DNA from: an uncultured Sphingomonadaceae bacterium
Lineage (GTDB): Bacteria > Pseudomonadota > Alphaproteobacteria > Sphingomonadales > Sphingomonadaceae
NCBI GenBank assembly: GCA_947497315.1
Contig: CANMFX010000005.1
Span: 14,873 to 78,872, forward strand
Length of the DNA: 64,000 nucleotides
Direction of reading: 5' to 3'
The notes under the pieces: model-generated
Seen by the model: the letters and a program-made list of their open reading frames with translations, nothing else
What the model was told of the DNA's origin: nothing
Databases searched by the model: none
Position numbers and translations under genes: made by a program
Shown here: piece by piece, positions 9,516-20,803 of the stretch
Layout: each line of letters starts with the position of its first letter
Numbering within the stretch: the first letter of the stretch is position 1

Positions 9516-10621
9516 TATTGCCCCACCAGAACGTCAGTATAGAGCTCGGACAATTCGGGTTCCGGCGATTCTTCGGCAAAGTCTGCCGCCTCCAGCACAG
9601 TCTTGCGCACCTTCTTGTCCAGTGCTTTCAAATCTTCTTCTTTAACCCCTTGCTTCATCAGCATGGCTTTCAGTCTTTCAATCGGGTCCGATTTTTCGCG
9701 CACATCCTGCACTTCATCCCGGCTGCGATATTTTGCCGGGTCGGACATGGAATGGCCGCGATAGCGATAGGTTTTGAGCTCCATCAACACTGGGCCTTTA
9801 CCAGCACGCACATATTTAAGGGCTTCTTCAACAGCACCGCGCACCGCAAGAACATCCATGCCATCCACTTGGACGCCGGGAATACGGAAGCTCTCACCGC
9901 GGCGATATAGCTGGTCTTCGGAGGAGGAGCGATTGACACTGGTGCCCATCGCATATTGGTTGTTTTCGATAACGAATATGACAGGCAGTTTCCAAAGCTC
10001 CGCCATGTTGAAACTTTCGTAAACCTGCCCTTGGTTGGACGCACCATCCCCGAAATAGGCAAGACAGACACCGCCATCTTCCTTGTATTTATGACCAAAG
10101 GCCAAACCGGTACCAAGTGAAACCTGTGCACCGACAATGCCGTGCCCGCCATAAAAACCATGGTCGACAGAGAACATGTGCATCGAGCCGCCCTTACCCT
10201 TCGATATACCTGACGCCCGGCCCGTTAGTTCGGCCATGACAATATTCGGATCGATACCGCATGCAAGCATGTGACCATGATCGCGATAGCCGGTAATGAC
10301 GCTATCCTTGCCCGGTTCAATCGCGGATTGCAGGCCTGTGACCACAGCTTCCTGGCCGATATAGAGATGGCAGAAACCACCAATCAGACCGAGTCCGTAC
10401 AGCTGCCCCGCCTTTTCCTCAAAGCGGCGGATGAGCAGCATCTGCTCGTAGAAATCCATAAGCTCAGCCTTGCTGGCTTTGTAGATGGGCGTTTTGAGAA
10501 CCGGCAAACGACTGCTTTTTCGTGCCGGAGCCTTCTTCGGCGCGGCTTTCGGCGTCCGTTTGGCTGGGCGTTTAGCCGGAGCCTTTGCTTTTGATGGGGC
10601 TTTCTGGGGAGATTTTGCCAC
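9512..10621 (-). CDS. pdhA: Pyruvate dehydrogenase E1 alpha subunit
   Basis: [21 protein letters not shown] motif GDGA...[13 protein letters not shown]; Lys/Ala/Pro-rich N-terminal extension; GTG start. Confidence 0.96.
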   Translation of the reverse strand: MAKSPQKAPSKAKAPAKRPAKRTPKAAPKKAPARKSSRLPVLKTPIYKASKAELMDFYEQMLLIRRFEEKAGQLYGLGLIGGFCHLYIGQEAVVTGLQSAIEPGKDSVITGYRDHGHMLACGIDPNIVMAELTGRASGISKGKGGSMHMFSVDHGFYGGHGIVGAQVSLGTGLAFGHKYKEDGGVCLAYFGDGASNQGQVYESFNMAELWKLPVIFVIENNQYAMGTSVNRSSSEDQLYRRGESFRIPGVQVDGMDVLAVRGAVEEALKYVRAGKGPVLMELKTYRYRGHSMSDPAKYRSRDEVQDVREKSDPIERLKAMLMKQGVKEEDLKALDKKVRKTVLEAADFAEESPEPELSELYTDVLVGQY

Positions 10622-10730
10622 TCTTGCATCTTCCTGTATCTTGGGTTTGCGACACCTTAAACAGATAAGATAAAATTCCCAAGCCTTATACGCCGGAAAA
10701 CGCTACAAAAAATCCGACAAAGCTCAGAGC

Positions 10731-11042
10731 TTATTTCAGCGGAACGATTATCTCGTCCGGATGCACAAAATTACCTTCTTTACGAAGCAATTCGCCCACC
10801 AGATCGGGATCAGCACCGTTAGGATCGAGCAGTTTCACACGGTTCTTCAACGCGTCCCGCTCTGATTCCAGAGCAGCAAGCTGTGTTCCGCGCTCATCAA
10901 GCGCAGCACGATATTCGCCCCATGCCAGAACCCCCGTAGGACCAAGCACGGCGTAGCCAGCAATGGCGAGTAGAGTCAGCAGCGCAAAGCCCGGCCCAAG
11001 CGCCGCTTTGATCAAACCACCGATTTTCTCTTTATGAGCCAT
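10731..11042 (-). CDS. ftsB: Septum formation initiator FtsB/DivIC
   Basis: Single TM helix plus coiled coil ending LLDPNGADPDLVGELLR; classic position downstream of eno. Confidence 0.8.
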   Translation of the reverse strand: MAHKEKIGGLIKAALGPGFALLTLLAIAGYAVLGPTGVLAWGEYRAALDERGTQLAALESERDALKNRVKLLDPNGADPDLVGELLRKEGNFVHPDEIIVPLK

Positions 11043-11145
11043 ATTTCTCTTGAATCAGAATATTGATTCGCTGGCAAGCGCTTTTACACTTTTATTGCAG
11101 GCAGATTCCTTCAAACCGCCAAAGCGTCTCTAAACCGCGTCCAGT

Positions 11146-12489
<1,344 letters not shown>

Positions 12490-12546
12490 TCATCAGCTGG
12501 CTGTATAGCAGCATCAATTCGGCAATTTACCCTTGAATCATAAGGA

Positions 12547-12561
12547 TTAGACACCATTTAA
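12547..12561. promoter_or_regulatory. Candidate CtrA binding site (TTAG-N7-TTAA)
   Basis: TTAG-acaccat-TTAA, one mismatch from TTAA-N7-TTAA, in the divergent eno / 12636 intergenic region. Confidence 0.35.
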
Positions 12562-12635
12562 TTTGAAGGGAAAACCGGTCGATAGTTTATCGGCTGCATA
12601 TTGTTGGCAAGGGTTTTGAGGAAGGAATTTTAAAT

Positions 12636-13196
12636 ATGGCCGTCGATCAGGAAAAGAAACCATCCGCGCGCAAAACACCTGCGAAAAAACCGGCTGCGAA
12701 GAAGCCAGCAACAAAAAAGCCCGCAAGTAAACGGGTTACCGCCAAAAAATCGACACCCGCAAAAGGGGTTGATGTTAAAAAAACAACAAAAGCAAAACCG
12801 TCTGCTCCTCTAAAGGCAGGTGCAACACGCGCCGCCGCTTCACAATCCAATGCGGCAACCGATTTGAAAGACCGTGCCATCAACAAAGCACGCTCGACCG
12901 CGAATGACGGAAAAGCCAAAGCTGGAGAAGCCATCGGCACATTGAGCGAAATGATCGAGAATAGCGCCAAGACGATCGACGAGAATGTCGGCGAAAAATA
13001 TGGTGATTATGCTCGATCTGCGGCTGATTCCGTGTCCTCTTTTGCAGAGAAGGTCAATGCAAAAGACGTCGATGAGATGGTCGAGGACGCGCGCGAGTTT
13101 GTACGCAAAAAGCCCGCCGTAGCGATAGGTGCAGCAGCCGTCGTCGGCTTGCTTGTTGCCCGGCTGATTAAGTCAGGGATGGATGATCGCAGTTAA
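12636..13196 (+). CDS. ElaB/YqjD (DUF883)-like tail-anchored protein with N-terminal KKPA repeats
   Basis: Lys/Pro/Ala repeats, amphipathic helical middle, and C-terminal EFVRKKPAVAIGAAAVVGLLVARLI typical of the DUF883 tail anchor. Confidence 0.65.
   Translation: MAVDQEKKPSARKTPAKKPAAKKPATKKPASKRVTAKKSTPAKGVDVKKTTKAKPSAPLKAGATRAAASQSNAATDLKDRAINKARSTANDGKAKAGEAIGTLSEMIENSAKTIDENVGEKYGDYARSAADSVSSFAEKVNAKDVDEMVEDAREFVRKKPAVAIGAAAVVGLLVARLIKSGMDDRS
12654..12746 (+). repeat. Imperfect 15-bp tandem repeat encoding KKP(A/S)x pentapeptides
   Basis: Translated as KKPSA RKTPA KKPAA KKPAT KKPAS KRVTA KK. Confidence 0.7.
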
Positions 13197-13242
13197 AGCG
13201 GTTATCGTCAAAAATCAGTTTGATCGGGACGGGTGATAAATA

Positions 13243-13653
13243 TTGGACGACAAGACCGTGGCCATAGAAGATCCGCCGTCACCGCCTGACAAGGTGGCGG
13301 AACCGATAGATATGCCTGCCGCCGATGACCAATCGATTAAATCGCAGATTGACGGTTTGGTAGACGATGTCCGCAAACTGGCAGAGGCGGAGCTCGAATA
13401 TTACCGGGTAAAACTATCCGTCAACATGGCGGCGACCAAGACTGTTTTGATTCTGTTCAGCGTCGCCGCCATAGTAGGAATAACCGGCTTGGTTACGCTG
13501 ATATTGGGCATATTGCTGATATTGTCACATTATTGGGGACCTGTCGCCGCAACAGGCCTGTTGACCGGAAGCGCTTTGCTTGTGACAACAGTCCTGACGA
13601 ACATGGCAATAAAACGGGCGCGCAAACTACCTATTGATGAAAATGAAGAATGA
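13243..13653 (+). CDS. Two-TM 'phage holin family' (YqjE/holin-X-like) membrane protein
   Basis: IDGLVDDVRKLAEAELEYYR helix followed by two long hydrophobic segments (WGPVAATGLLTG); TTG start. Confidence 0.65.
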   Translation: MDDKTVAIEDPPSPPDKVAEPIDMPAADDQSIKSQIDGLVDDVRKLAEAELEYYRVKLSVNMAATKTVLILFSVAAIVGITGLVTLILGILLILSHYWGPVAATGLLTGSALLVTTVLTNMAIKRARKLPIDENEE

Positions 13654-13982
13654 AAATGACCCAAAAAAATGATGACATATTCAAGCTGCGCAACCTGGCG
13701 ATTGAGAAAAAGGAAGCGCGGGAGAATCTGAGCGAGGATCTTTCCGAGACAAAAGAACGCCTGCGGCCTGCCAACCTTATTCAGGAAGCAAAGGACAAAG
13801 CGCTGGACCGGGTTCAAAAAACCGGCGAAAGCGCTCTCCAGGGCGTGAAAGACAATCCCGGGAAAGTGGCCTCCGTGGCGGCCGCAGCCACTTTATTGGC
13901 GCTACGCAAACCGATCACCAATTATTTTACCAATCGCCGCGCCGATGATGATAGCGCGAAAACCAATGATGCTGAGGAATGA
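13650..13982 (+). CDS. DUF3618/YqjK-like hypothetical protein
   Basis: EARENLSEDLSETKERLRPANLIQEAK followed by an NPGKVASVAAAATLLALRKP hydrophobic segment; overlaps the upstream stop. Confidence 0.55.
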   Translation: MKMTQKNDDIFKLRNLAIEKKEARENLSEDLSETKERLRPANLIQEAKDKALDRVQKTGESALQGVKDNPGKVASVAAAATLLALRKPITNYFTNRRADDDSAKTNDAEE

Positions 13983-13985
13983 GCC

Positions 13986-14522
13986 ATGAGCAGATTATCC
14001 GATAATATTGAAAAGGCGCGCGCCGCATCCCGGGAACGGCTCGAGATCGCCAAGGAAAAAGCAGGCGAAGGCACCGGTATTGCACTCGAGAAAATGTCCG
14101 AAAGCAAGGAACGTGCAGCTGCACTGCTCGGTGATGGCAAAGCCAAGGCGGCCGAAGGTGTAGCCGCAACCCGGAAGATGGCCAAAACTGCCGCTGACAA
14201 GTCAGAAGAAACAATTACCAAAAGCCCATTGGCGGTCGTCGCCGGCGGCCTGGCGCTGGGTGCACTGGTTGGCGCCCTGCTTCCCAAGAGCAAGACTGAA
14301 ACCAAATATGTCGGCGGGGCGGGCAAAAAGATCAACGAAACCGCCAAAAAAGCCTATGATGCGGCCAAGGAAGCCGGTCAGGAACAGATTGAAAATCTCG
14401 GCCTCGACAAAGACAGCGTTCAGGACCAGATTAAAGATCTGCTTGGCAAAGCCACCGAAGCTGCTAAGAGCGCCGCCGAAGCCGCAGGTGATGCGGTTAA
14501 ATCGGAAAAATCTGGCAAATAG
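13986..14522 (+). CDS. LEA-like helical protein with ElaB-type hydrophobic anchor
   Basis: Ala/Lys/Glu-rich amphipathic repeats flanking SPLAVVAGGLALGALVGALLP. Confidence 0.6.
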   Translation: MSRLSDNIEKARAASRERLEIAKEKAGEGTGIALEKMSESKERAAALLGDGKAKAAEGVAATRKMAKTAADKSEETITKSPLAVVAGGLALGALVGALLPKSKTETKYVGGAGKKINETAKKAYDAAKEAGQEQIENLGLDKDSVQDQIKDLLGKATEAAKSAAEAAGDAVKSEKSGK

Positions 14523-14536
14523 AAGTTGGGGCAAAT

Positions 14537-14770
14537 ATGAGCGATCGCAGCAAAATGCATCTGGTAATGGGTGGACGGGTCAAGGATCCGCGCGGACTGG
14601 ACTATGAAAATCTCGATCAGGTTGATCTCGTCGGTGTCTACCCCAGCTATGAAGAAGCCGAAGATGTCTGGCGTTCCAACGCCCAGCGCACCGTAGACGA
14701 TGCGGAAATGAAATATGTCATCGTACACCTGCACAAGTTGCTGGAACCGGAGCTTCCCGCCGAAGACTGA
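14537..14770 (+). CDS. DUF4170-family small protein
   Basis: MHLVMGGRVKD...VDLVGVYPSYEEAEDVWRSNAQRTVDDAEMKYVIVHLHKLL, a recognisable alphaproteobacterial family. Confidence 0.8.
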   Translation: MSDRSKMHLVMGGRVKDPRGLDYENLDQVDLVGVYPSYEEAEDVWRSNAQRTVDDAEMKYVIVHLHKLLEPELPAED

Positions 14771-14779
14771 TTTCGACGA

Positions 14780-15421
14780 TCAAGCGTTTTTAAAACGCCA
14801 TTGCAACAGGGGTCGGGTGAGCATTAACCCGGCAACAAAACCGCCGATATGGGCAAAGATCGCGATACCGTTCAGATTGCCGCGCGTTGCGACGCCGATC
14901 ATCAACTGAATACCGATCCACGCGAGTGTAAGCCAAGCGATACGCACGACATGCCCCGGAAATGGCCCGACAGGTTTCACGTCATTGCGCGCAAATAACA
15001 GCGCATAGGCGCCAATTACTGCAGATATCGCTCCGCTTGCGCCCACGACCGGGATGACGGAATCCCCGTTAACAGCAAATTCCGCCAGCGCCGCTGCATA
15101 TGCACCTACGACATACAGAACCGCCATAAGCTGTGGCCCCAGCGCTTGCTCCACAAACCGCCCGCAAAATAGCAACATCAGCATATTGAATGCGATATGC
15201 ATAAGCCCGCCATGCAGGAACGACGACGACATGGGCGTCAGCCAGGCTGGCACCATCCCGCTTATGCCGTCAAACTCAGGCAGCCCCTCGCCCAATCGTA
15301 TGGGGAAAAAGCCGCCGCGCAGTATTGCGTCCTGTTCCAGACCGGAAATCCAGAGCAACAGGAAGACCACGACATTGGCGATGATCAACCCGTTGGTCAG
15401 CTTTCCGTTTGGCAGGTTCAT
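14780..15421 (-). CDS. Rhomboid intramembrane serine protease
   Basis: FLHGGLMHIAFNM, catalytic GASGAIS, and AHIGGFVAG. Confidence 0.93.
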   Translation of the reverse strand: MNLPNGKLTNGLIIANVVVFLLLWISGLEQDAILRGGFFPIRLGEGLPEFDGISGMVPAWLTPMSSSFLHGGLMHIAFNMLMLLFCGRFVEQALGPQLMAVLYVVGAYAAALAEFAVNGDSVIPVVGASGAISAVIGAYALLFARNDVKPVGPFPGHVVRIAWLTLAWIGIQLMIGVATRGNLNGIAIFAHIGGFVAGLMLTRPLLQWRFKNA

Positions 15422-15432
15422 ATCATATCAAA

Positions 15433-15906
15433 TCAGATGAACTCGATTTTTTCGAGAAGATAATATTTGTCGCCGGCTGGTACCGTGACTTCAATTTCGT
15501 CACCGATACTACGACCAATGAAAGCGCGTCCGATCGGGCTGTTATAGCTGATCTTGCCGACTTTGGCATCGGCTTCCGCCTGACCAACCAGTTGATATTT
15601 CACTGGCTTGTCATTTTCATCGAGCAAGGTCAAAGTAGCGCCAAATACGGCTTTATCGCCGGACAGGGTCGTCGGATCGATAACCTGCGCACGGCTCAAC
15701 TTGTCTTCGATATCGGCAATGGTCGCCTCGACCTGGCCCTGACGCTCTTTTGCAGCGTGATATTCGGCATTTTCCGATAGATCGCCATGCGCGCGTGCTT
15801 CTTCAATCGCATCAACAATGCGCGGCCGCTCTTCTTTGAGCGCCTTCAGCTCGGCTTCCAATTTGGCATGGCCCTCGGCCAGCATCGGTACTTTTTCTAC
15901 AGCCAT
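15433..15906 (-). CDS. greA: Transcription elongation factor GreA
   Basis: [18 protein letters not shown] and [10 protein letters not shown]; conserved position after carB. Confidence 0.97.
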   Translation of the reverse strand: MAVEKVPMLAEGHAKLEAELKALKEERPRIVDAIEEARAHGDLSENAEYHAAKERQGQVEATIADIEDKLSRAQVIDPTTLSGDKAVFGATLTLLDENDKPVKYQLVGQAEADAKVGKISYNSPIGRAFIGRSIGDEIEVTVPAGDKYYLLEKIEFI

Positions 15907-16020
15907 TTTTGGCCTTTCTTCCTTCTATTCGCGGCGGTTTTCTGGGCCGCAGCGTCAAAAATAGTTCCCCGGCGCCCCTCCCTGTGAAGGCTCGCCCGCA
16001 GTGTGACAGATTGTCGGGAA

Positions 16021-19000
16021 TTAAGTCTGCGAAGACTTATAATAAGACTGAAGCGCCCGAACTTCAAGAGTCTCGTCGCGCATGGCCGATATTGCCTCCA
16101 TTGCCGCGACACTTGCCGTCGCAGTCGTATAATATGGAATCTTGCCGTTCAGCGCCCCTGCCCTGATCGATTTGGAGTCTTTCAGCGACTGCCAGCCCTC
16201 GGTCGTGTTGAAAATCAGATCAACGTCACCATCGATAATCCGGTCGACAATATGCGGTCGCCCTTCGGCAACCTTGTTGACCTTCTCCACCGCGATGCCC
16301 TTGTCGACCAGATAATCGGCCGTCCCACTGGTCGCGATAATCTTGAAACCTAGTTTCTCGGCCAAGCGCGCCGCTGGTTCGATGACTTTCTTGTCGGTTT
16401 CTTTCACGGACACAAACAGCGTCCCGCCATCAGGCAGATGATTGTTCGCACCCAATTGCGCTTTGCCAAAGGCAATCGCAAAGCTGTTATCAATACCCAT
16501 GACCTCACCGGTAGACTTCATTTCCGGTGACAATACCGGGTCGATGCCGGGGAATCGGTTGAACGGGAAGACTGCTTCTTTCACAGCGATATAATCGATA
16601 TGTCTATCAATCGGTGGCAAGTTTTTCAGCTTTTCACCGGCCATCACGCGTGAAGCGATCTTGGCAATCGGCACGCCAATCGCCTTGGCGACAAAGGGCA
16701 CCGTCCGGCTGGCGCGAGGATTGACCTCGATCAGATAGACTTCCCCATCTTTTACCGCGAACTGGATGTTCATCAGGCCGCGTACTTTCAGGCCAAAAGC
16801 CAAAGCCTCCGCCTGCCGCTCCATTTCCGCGATAATATCATCGCTGAGATTATAGGGCGGGATGGTACAAGCGCTGTCACCGCTATGAACGCCGGCTTCT
16901 TCGATATGCTGAAGCACACCGCAAACAACGACCTGGTCGCCATCACAAATCGCATCAACATCCACTTCCACGGCGTCGCGCAGATATTGGTCAACCAGAA
17001 CAGGCTGATCACCCGACACTTGCACGGCCGTATTGATATAATCTTCGAGCTGCGCCGGCCCATCAACAATTTCCATCGCCCGGCCACCAAGCACGAAGCT
17101 CGGCCGGATCAGCACGGGATAGCCGATACGCTCCGCGATTTTCACGGCTTCCTCTTCGGTACGGGCCATGCCATTTTCGGGCTGTTTCAGCTTCAGGCTA
17201 TTGACCAGTTTTGCAAAGCGTTCCCGGTCTTCTGCCAGATCAATCGCATCTGGTGTCGTCCCGAGGATTGGAATCCCCGCATCTTCCAGCGCAGAGGCCA
17301 GTTTCAGCGGCGTTTGCCCGCCAAATTGGACGATCACACCGACCAGCTCGCCCTTGCTCTGTTCCACGGCGAGAATTTCGAGCACGTCTTCGGCGGTCAG
17401 CGGCTCAAAATAGAGCCGGTCAGACGTATCATAGTCCGTCGAAACCGTTTCCGGATTGCAATTGACCATGATCGTTTCAAAACCGGCATCCGCCAATGCG
17501 AAACAGGCGTGACAGCAGCAGTAATCAAACTCGATCCCCTGCCCGATCCGGTTGGGTCCGCCGCCCAAAATCACCACCTTACGGCGATCAGACGGTTGCG
17601 CTTCATTCTCCGGCTCCCCGAAAATCGGGGCTTCGTAGGTAGAATACATATAGGGCGTCTTGGCCTCAAACTCCGCCGCACAGGTATCAATCCGCTTGAA
17701 CACGGGCCGCACGCCCAGCTTGTGGCGCAGCTCACGGACTTCTTTTTCGGTCGTCGCACCAGCCATGGCGGCAACGGCGTCATGAACCAGCCCGTGGCCG
17801 CCAGCAACCGCGCGCCCTGTCCCACCGGCGACATGCACCGCATCAACGGCGAGTTTCGCAAGCCGTTCGTCAGAAAAGCCCATGGATTTCAGCTTACGGA
17901 GCGCCTCTGCATCATTGGGCAGGCCGTTGTCCAATATATCCTGCTCGGCATCGATAATCTCGCGTATCCGCGCCAAAAACCAGGGATCATAATGGGCAAT
18001 TTCATGGATTTCCGTATCGCTGAAGCCCTCGCGCATGGCTTGTGCTGCAACCAGCAGCCGGTCCGGCGTTGGCCGCGCCAGTTCCGCCGCAATCTCGTCA
18101 CGCGACGCCCCGATCAATTCCTGCACTTTGTTAAAGCCGTCCAGTCCGGTTTCCAGACCGCGCAGCGCCTTTTGCAGCGATTCATGGATATTCCGGCCAA
18201 TAGCCATGACTTCGCCGACGGATTTCATGGCCGTGGCCAGCAAAGGCTCCGCACCCTTGAATTTCTCAAAGGCGAAACGCGGGATCTTGGTGACGACATA
18301 GTCGATCGTCGGTTCAAACGACGCCGGCGTCGCGCCGGTAATGTCATTGTCAATCTCATCGAGCGTATAGCCAACCGCCAGTTTCGCCGCGACTTTTGCA
18401 ATCGGGAAGCCAGTCGCCTTGGATGCCAGCGCCGATGAGCGCGATACCCGCGGGTTCATCTCGATCACAACAAGACGTCCGTCCTTCGGATTAACTGCGA
18501 ACTGTACGTTGGAACCGCCTGTTTCGACTCCAATTTCCCGCAGAACTGCCAAAGAGGCATTGCGCATGATCTGATATTCTTTGTCGGTCAGCGTCAGTGC
18601 TGGTGCAACGGTGATCGAGTCGCCGGTATGCACGCCCATTGGGTCCACATTTTCGATCGAACAGATGATGATGCAATTGTCTGCCTTGTCGCGGACAACC
18701 TCCATCTCATATTCTTTCCAGCCAATCAGCGATTCATCGATCAGCACTTCATTGGTCGGAGAGGCTTCGAGCGACGTCCGGATATAGTGGATAAATTCTT
18801 CGCGGTTATAGGCCACCCCACCGCCGGTGCCGCCCATGGTAAAGCTGGGTCGCATGATCGCGGGTAGACCGATATCTTCGAGCACCTCCAGCGCCTGCTC
18901 TTCGCTATGCGCAATGGCAGAGCGCGGGCTTTCCAGCCCGATCTTGTCCATTGCTGCCTTGAATTTCTCCCGATCCTCGGCCTTGTCAATGGCCTCGGCA

Positions 19001-19356
19001 TCCGCGCCGATCATCTGGACGTTATATTTATCGAGCACACCCCTTTTGTTGAGTGTCAGCGCGGTATTCAGCGCCGTCTGCCCGCCCATGGTTGGCAGCA
19101 CCGCATCGGGGCGCTCTTTGGCGATGATTTTCTCGACAATTTCCGGCGTAATCGGCTCGACATAAGTCGCATCCGCCATCTCTGGATCGGTCATGATCGT
19201 CGCTGGATTGGAGTTGACCAGGATGATCCGATACCCCTCCTCTTTCAGCGCCTTGCAGGCCTGTGTCCCCGAATAATCAAATTCGCAGGCCTGTCCGATA
19301 ACAATCGGGCCAGCACCAATGATCAGGATGGATTTTATGTCAGTTCTTTTGGGCAT
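16021..19356 (-). CDS. carB: Carbamoyl-phosphate synthase large subunit
   Basis: [30 protein letters not shown], two ATP-grasp domains, C-terminal MGS domain. Confidence 0.99.
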   Translation of the reverse strand: MPKRTDIKSILIIGAGPIVIGQACEFDYSGTQACKALKEEGYRIILVNSNPATIMTDPEMADATYVEPITPEIVEKIIAKERPDAVLPTMGGQTALNTALTLNKRGVLDKYNVQMIGADAEAIDKAEDREKFKAAMDKIGLESPRSAIAHSEEQALEVLEDIGLPAIMRPSFTMGGTGGGVAYNREEFIHYIRTSLEASPTNEVLIDESLIGWKEYEMEVVRDKADNCIIICSIENVDPMGVHTGDSITVAPALTLTDKEYQIMRNASLAVLREIGVETGGSNVQFAVNPKDGRLVVIEMNPRVSRSSALASKATGFPIAKVAAKLAVGYTLDEIDNDITGATPASFEPTIDYVVTKIPRFAFEKFKGAEPLLATAMKSVGEVMAIGRNIHESLQKALRGLETGLDGFNKVQELIGASRDEIAAELARPTPDRLLVAAQAMREGFSDTEIHEIAHYDPWFLARIREIIDAEQDILDNGLPNDAEALRKLKSMGFSDERLAKLAVDAVHVAGGTGRAVAGGHGLVHDAVAAMAGATTEKEVRELRHKLGVRPVFKRIDTCAAEFEAKTPYMYSTYEAPIFGEPENEAQPSDRRKVVILGGGPNRIGQGIEFDYCCCHACFALADAGFETIMVNCNPETVSTDYDTSDRLYFEPLTAEDVLEILAVEQSKGELVGVIVQFGGQTPLKLASALEDAGIPILGTTPDAIDLAEDRERFAKLVNSLKLKQPENGMARTEEEAVKIAERIGYPVLIRPSFVLGGRAMEIVDGPAQLEDYINTAVQVSGDQPVLVDQYLRDAVEVDVDAICDGDQVVVCGVLQHIEEAGVHSGDSACTIPPYNLSDDIIAEMERQAEALAFGLKVRGLMNIQFAVKDGEVYLIEVNPRASRTVPFVAKAIGVPIAKIASRVMAGEKLKNLPPIDRHIDYIAVKEAVFPFNRFPGIDPVLSPEMKSTGEVMGIDNSFAIAFGKAQLGANNHLPDGGTLFVSVKETDKKVIEPAARLAEKLGFKIIATSGTADYLVDKGIAVEKVNKVAEGRPHIVDRIIDGDVDLIFNTTEGWQSLKDSKSIRAGALNGKIPYYTTATASVAAMEAISAMRDETLEVRALQSYYKSSQT

Positions 19357-19625
19357 TATCGAGTTGTCAGCTTTCCTTGATTTTCAAGCGTTTGATAAAT
19401 GCAATCTTCTTTTTGCTGACTATCCGGAACAGTCGATGGCACATACGCTGCCCAACCTGCGCCGGCCTTGGTCGGCTCGAAGTCATCAATTCCACAATTT
19501 TTGGCGGCAGTAACAATATCGGCTGGTTTGGACCATTTTTCGTAATTTTCGTCTCCGTAAAAACCACATGCAGATAAAAAGATCGTTGTCGAAATGCTCA
19601 ACACAAACGCAGATATTCTTATCAC
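19356..19625 (-). CDS. Small putative lipoprotein (89 aa) inserted between carA and carB
   Basis: GTG start at 19625 overlaps the carA stop (GTGA); stop overlaps the carB ATG (TAATG); hydrophobic leader with lipobox-like LSA|C; two further Cys. Confidence 0.65.
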   Translation of the reverse strand: MIRISAFVLSISTTIFLSACGFYGDENYEKWSKPADIVTAAKNCGIDDFEPTKAGAGWAAYVPSTVPDSQQKEDCIYQTLENQGKLTTR

Positions 19626-20803
19626 CCCAATCCCCCCACAAATTTCTCGAACAGATAAAAACTGTCCTGCGGGCCCGGACTGGCTTCGGGATGATATTGC
19701 ACGCCAAAGGCGCGTTTGCCGGTGATGCTGATGCCGCAATTGCTGCCGTCGAACAGGCTCTTGTGGGTTTCAACTATGGTGTCGGGGAGTGTTTCGCTGT
19801 CCACTGCAAAGCCGTGGTTCATGCTGGTAATTTCAACCAGCCCTTCGCTGTCATCCCAATCGCCGCCAACCCGCTGCACCGGATGATTGGCGCCGCGATG
19901 GCCTTGATGCATTTTGACGGTCTTCGCGCCCGCCGCCAGCGCCAGCATTTGATGGCCGAGACAGATTCCGAAAATCGGCATATCTTGGTCGAGCAGCGCC
20001 TTGATCACCGGTACCGCATAGTCCCCCGTCGCCGCCGGATCGCCGGGACCATTGGAGAGAAACACACCCGCAGGCTCCAAAGCCAATATGTCATCAAGCG
20101 AGGTTTGCGCAGGAACAACAGTGACTTTTGCGCCAGCTTTCACAAGATTTCTGAAGATATTGCGCTTGGCACCAAAGTCCATCGCCACAACATGCGGCCG
20201 TGTCTCCATATCCTCCACCGGCGCATAGCCATGACCAAGGCGCCAGATGCCGCTGTCCCAGATCTTCGTCTGATGCCCGGTCACCTCTACCGCCAGATCC
20301 ATGCCTTCAAGTCCGGCCCAGTCGCGGGCCTTGGCGAGCAGGTCATCAATATCAAACGCGCCATCGGGGTCATGCGCAATCACCGCATTGGGCGCGCCGG
20401 CTTCCCTGATCCGGCGCGTCAATGCCCGTGTGTCGACACCGGCCAGGCCAATCCGCCCCTGATCCGTCATCCACTGGTCAAACGGCTTGTTGTTGCGAAA
20501 GCTGCTCGGCTCGGTCACATCTTCACGGACAATGCAGCCCAGCGCATGGGGCGCATCCGCCTCGACATCTTCATCATTGGTGCCGACATTACCGATATGG
20601 GGAAAGGTGAAGGTGACGATCTGTCCGGCATAGCTCGGGTCCGTCATAACCTCCTGATAGCCGGTCATCGATGTATTGAAACAGACTTCACCGACCGCAG
20701 AGCCGGTCGCGCCAAAGCCGCGTCCCCAGACAATAGTGCCGTCGGCCAATACCAATATCCCAGTGGCGCCCTTGGGAGCGGCGGGGATGCTGGTGTCGGT
20801 CAT
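19622..20803 (-). CDS. carA: Carbamoyl-phosphate synthase small subunit
   Basis: GEVCFNTSMTGYQE, LSNGPGDP, nucleophile FGICLGHQ, VQYHPEASPGP. Start refined to 20803 (20809 is also possible). Confidence 0.98.
   Translation of the reverse strand: MTDTSIPAAPKGATGILVLADGTIVWGRGFGATGSAVGEVCFNTSMTGYQEVMTDPSYAGQIVTFTFPHIGNVGTNDEDVEADAPHALGCIVREDVTEPSSFRNNKPFDQWMTDQGRIGLAGVDTRALTRRIREAGAPNAVIAHDPDGAFDIDDLLAKARDWAGLEGMDLAVEVTGHQTKIWDSGIWRLGHGYAPVEDMETRPHVVAMDFGAKRNIFRNLVKAGAKVTVVPAQTSLDDILALEPAGVFLSNGPGDPAATGDYAVPVIKALLDQDMPIFGICLGHQMLALAAGAKTVKMHQGHRGANHPVQRVGGDWDDSEGLVEITSMNHGFAVDSETLPDTIVETHKSLFDGSNCGISITGKRAFGVQYHPEASPGPQDSFYLFEKFVGGLG

Noticed and set aside
12560-12635. Search for a general-stress (EcfG) promoter GGAAC-N16/17-CGTT upstream of the ElaB-like operon
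   Set aside because: No match with correct spacing was found by eye, so stress-sigma control is not supported by the sequence.
13243-13653. Holin-like gene as evidence of a prophage
   Set aside because: There are no endolysin, structural, integrase or att features; this family commonly occurs in chromosomal yqjDE-like operons.
16885-18438. 517-aa ORF on the + strand
   Set aside because: It is fully antisense to carB with no motifs; a typical shadow ORF from codon bias.
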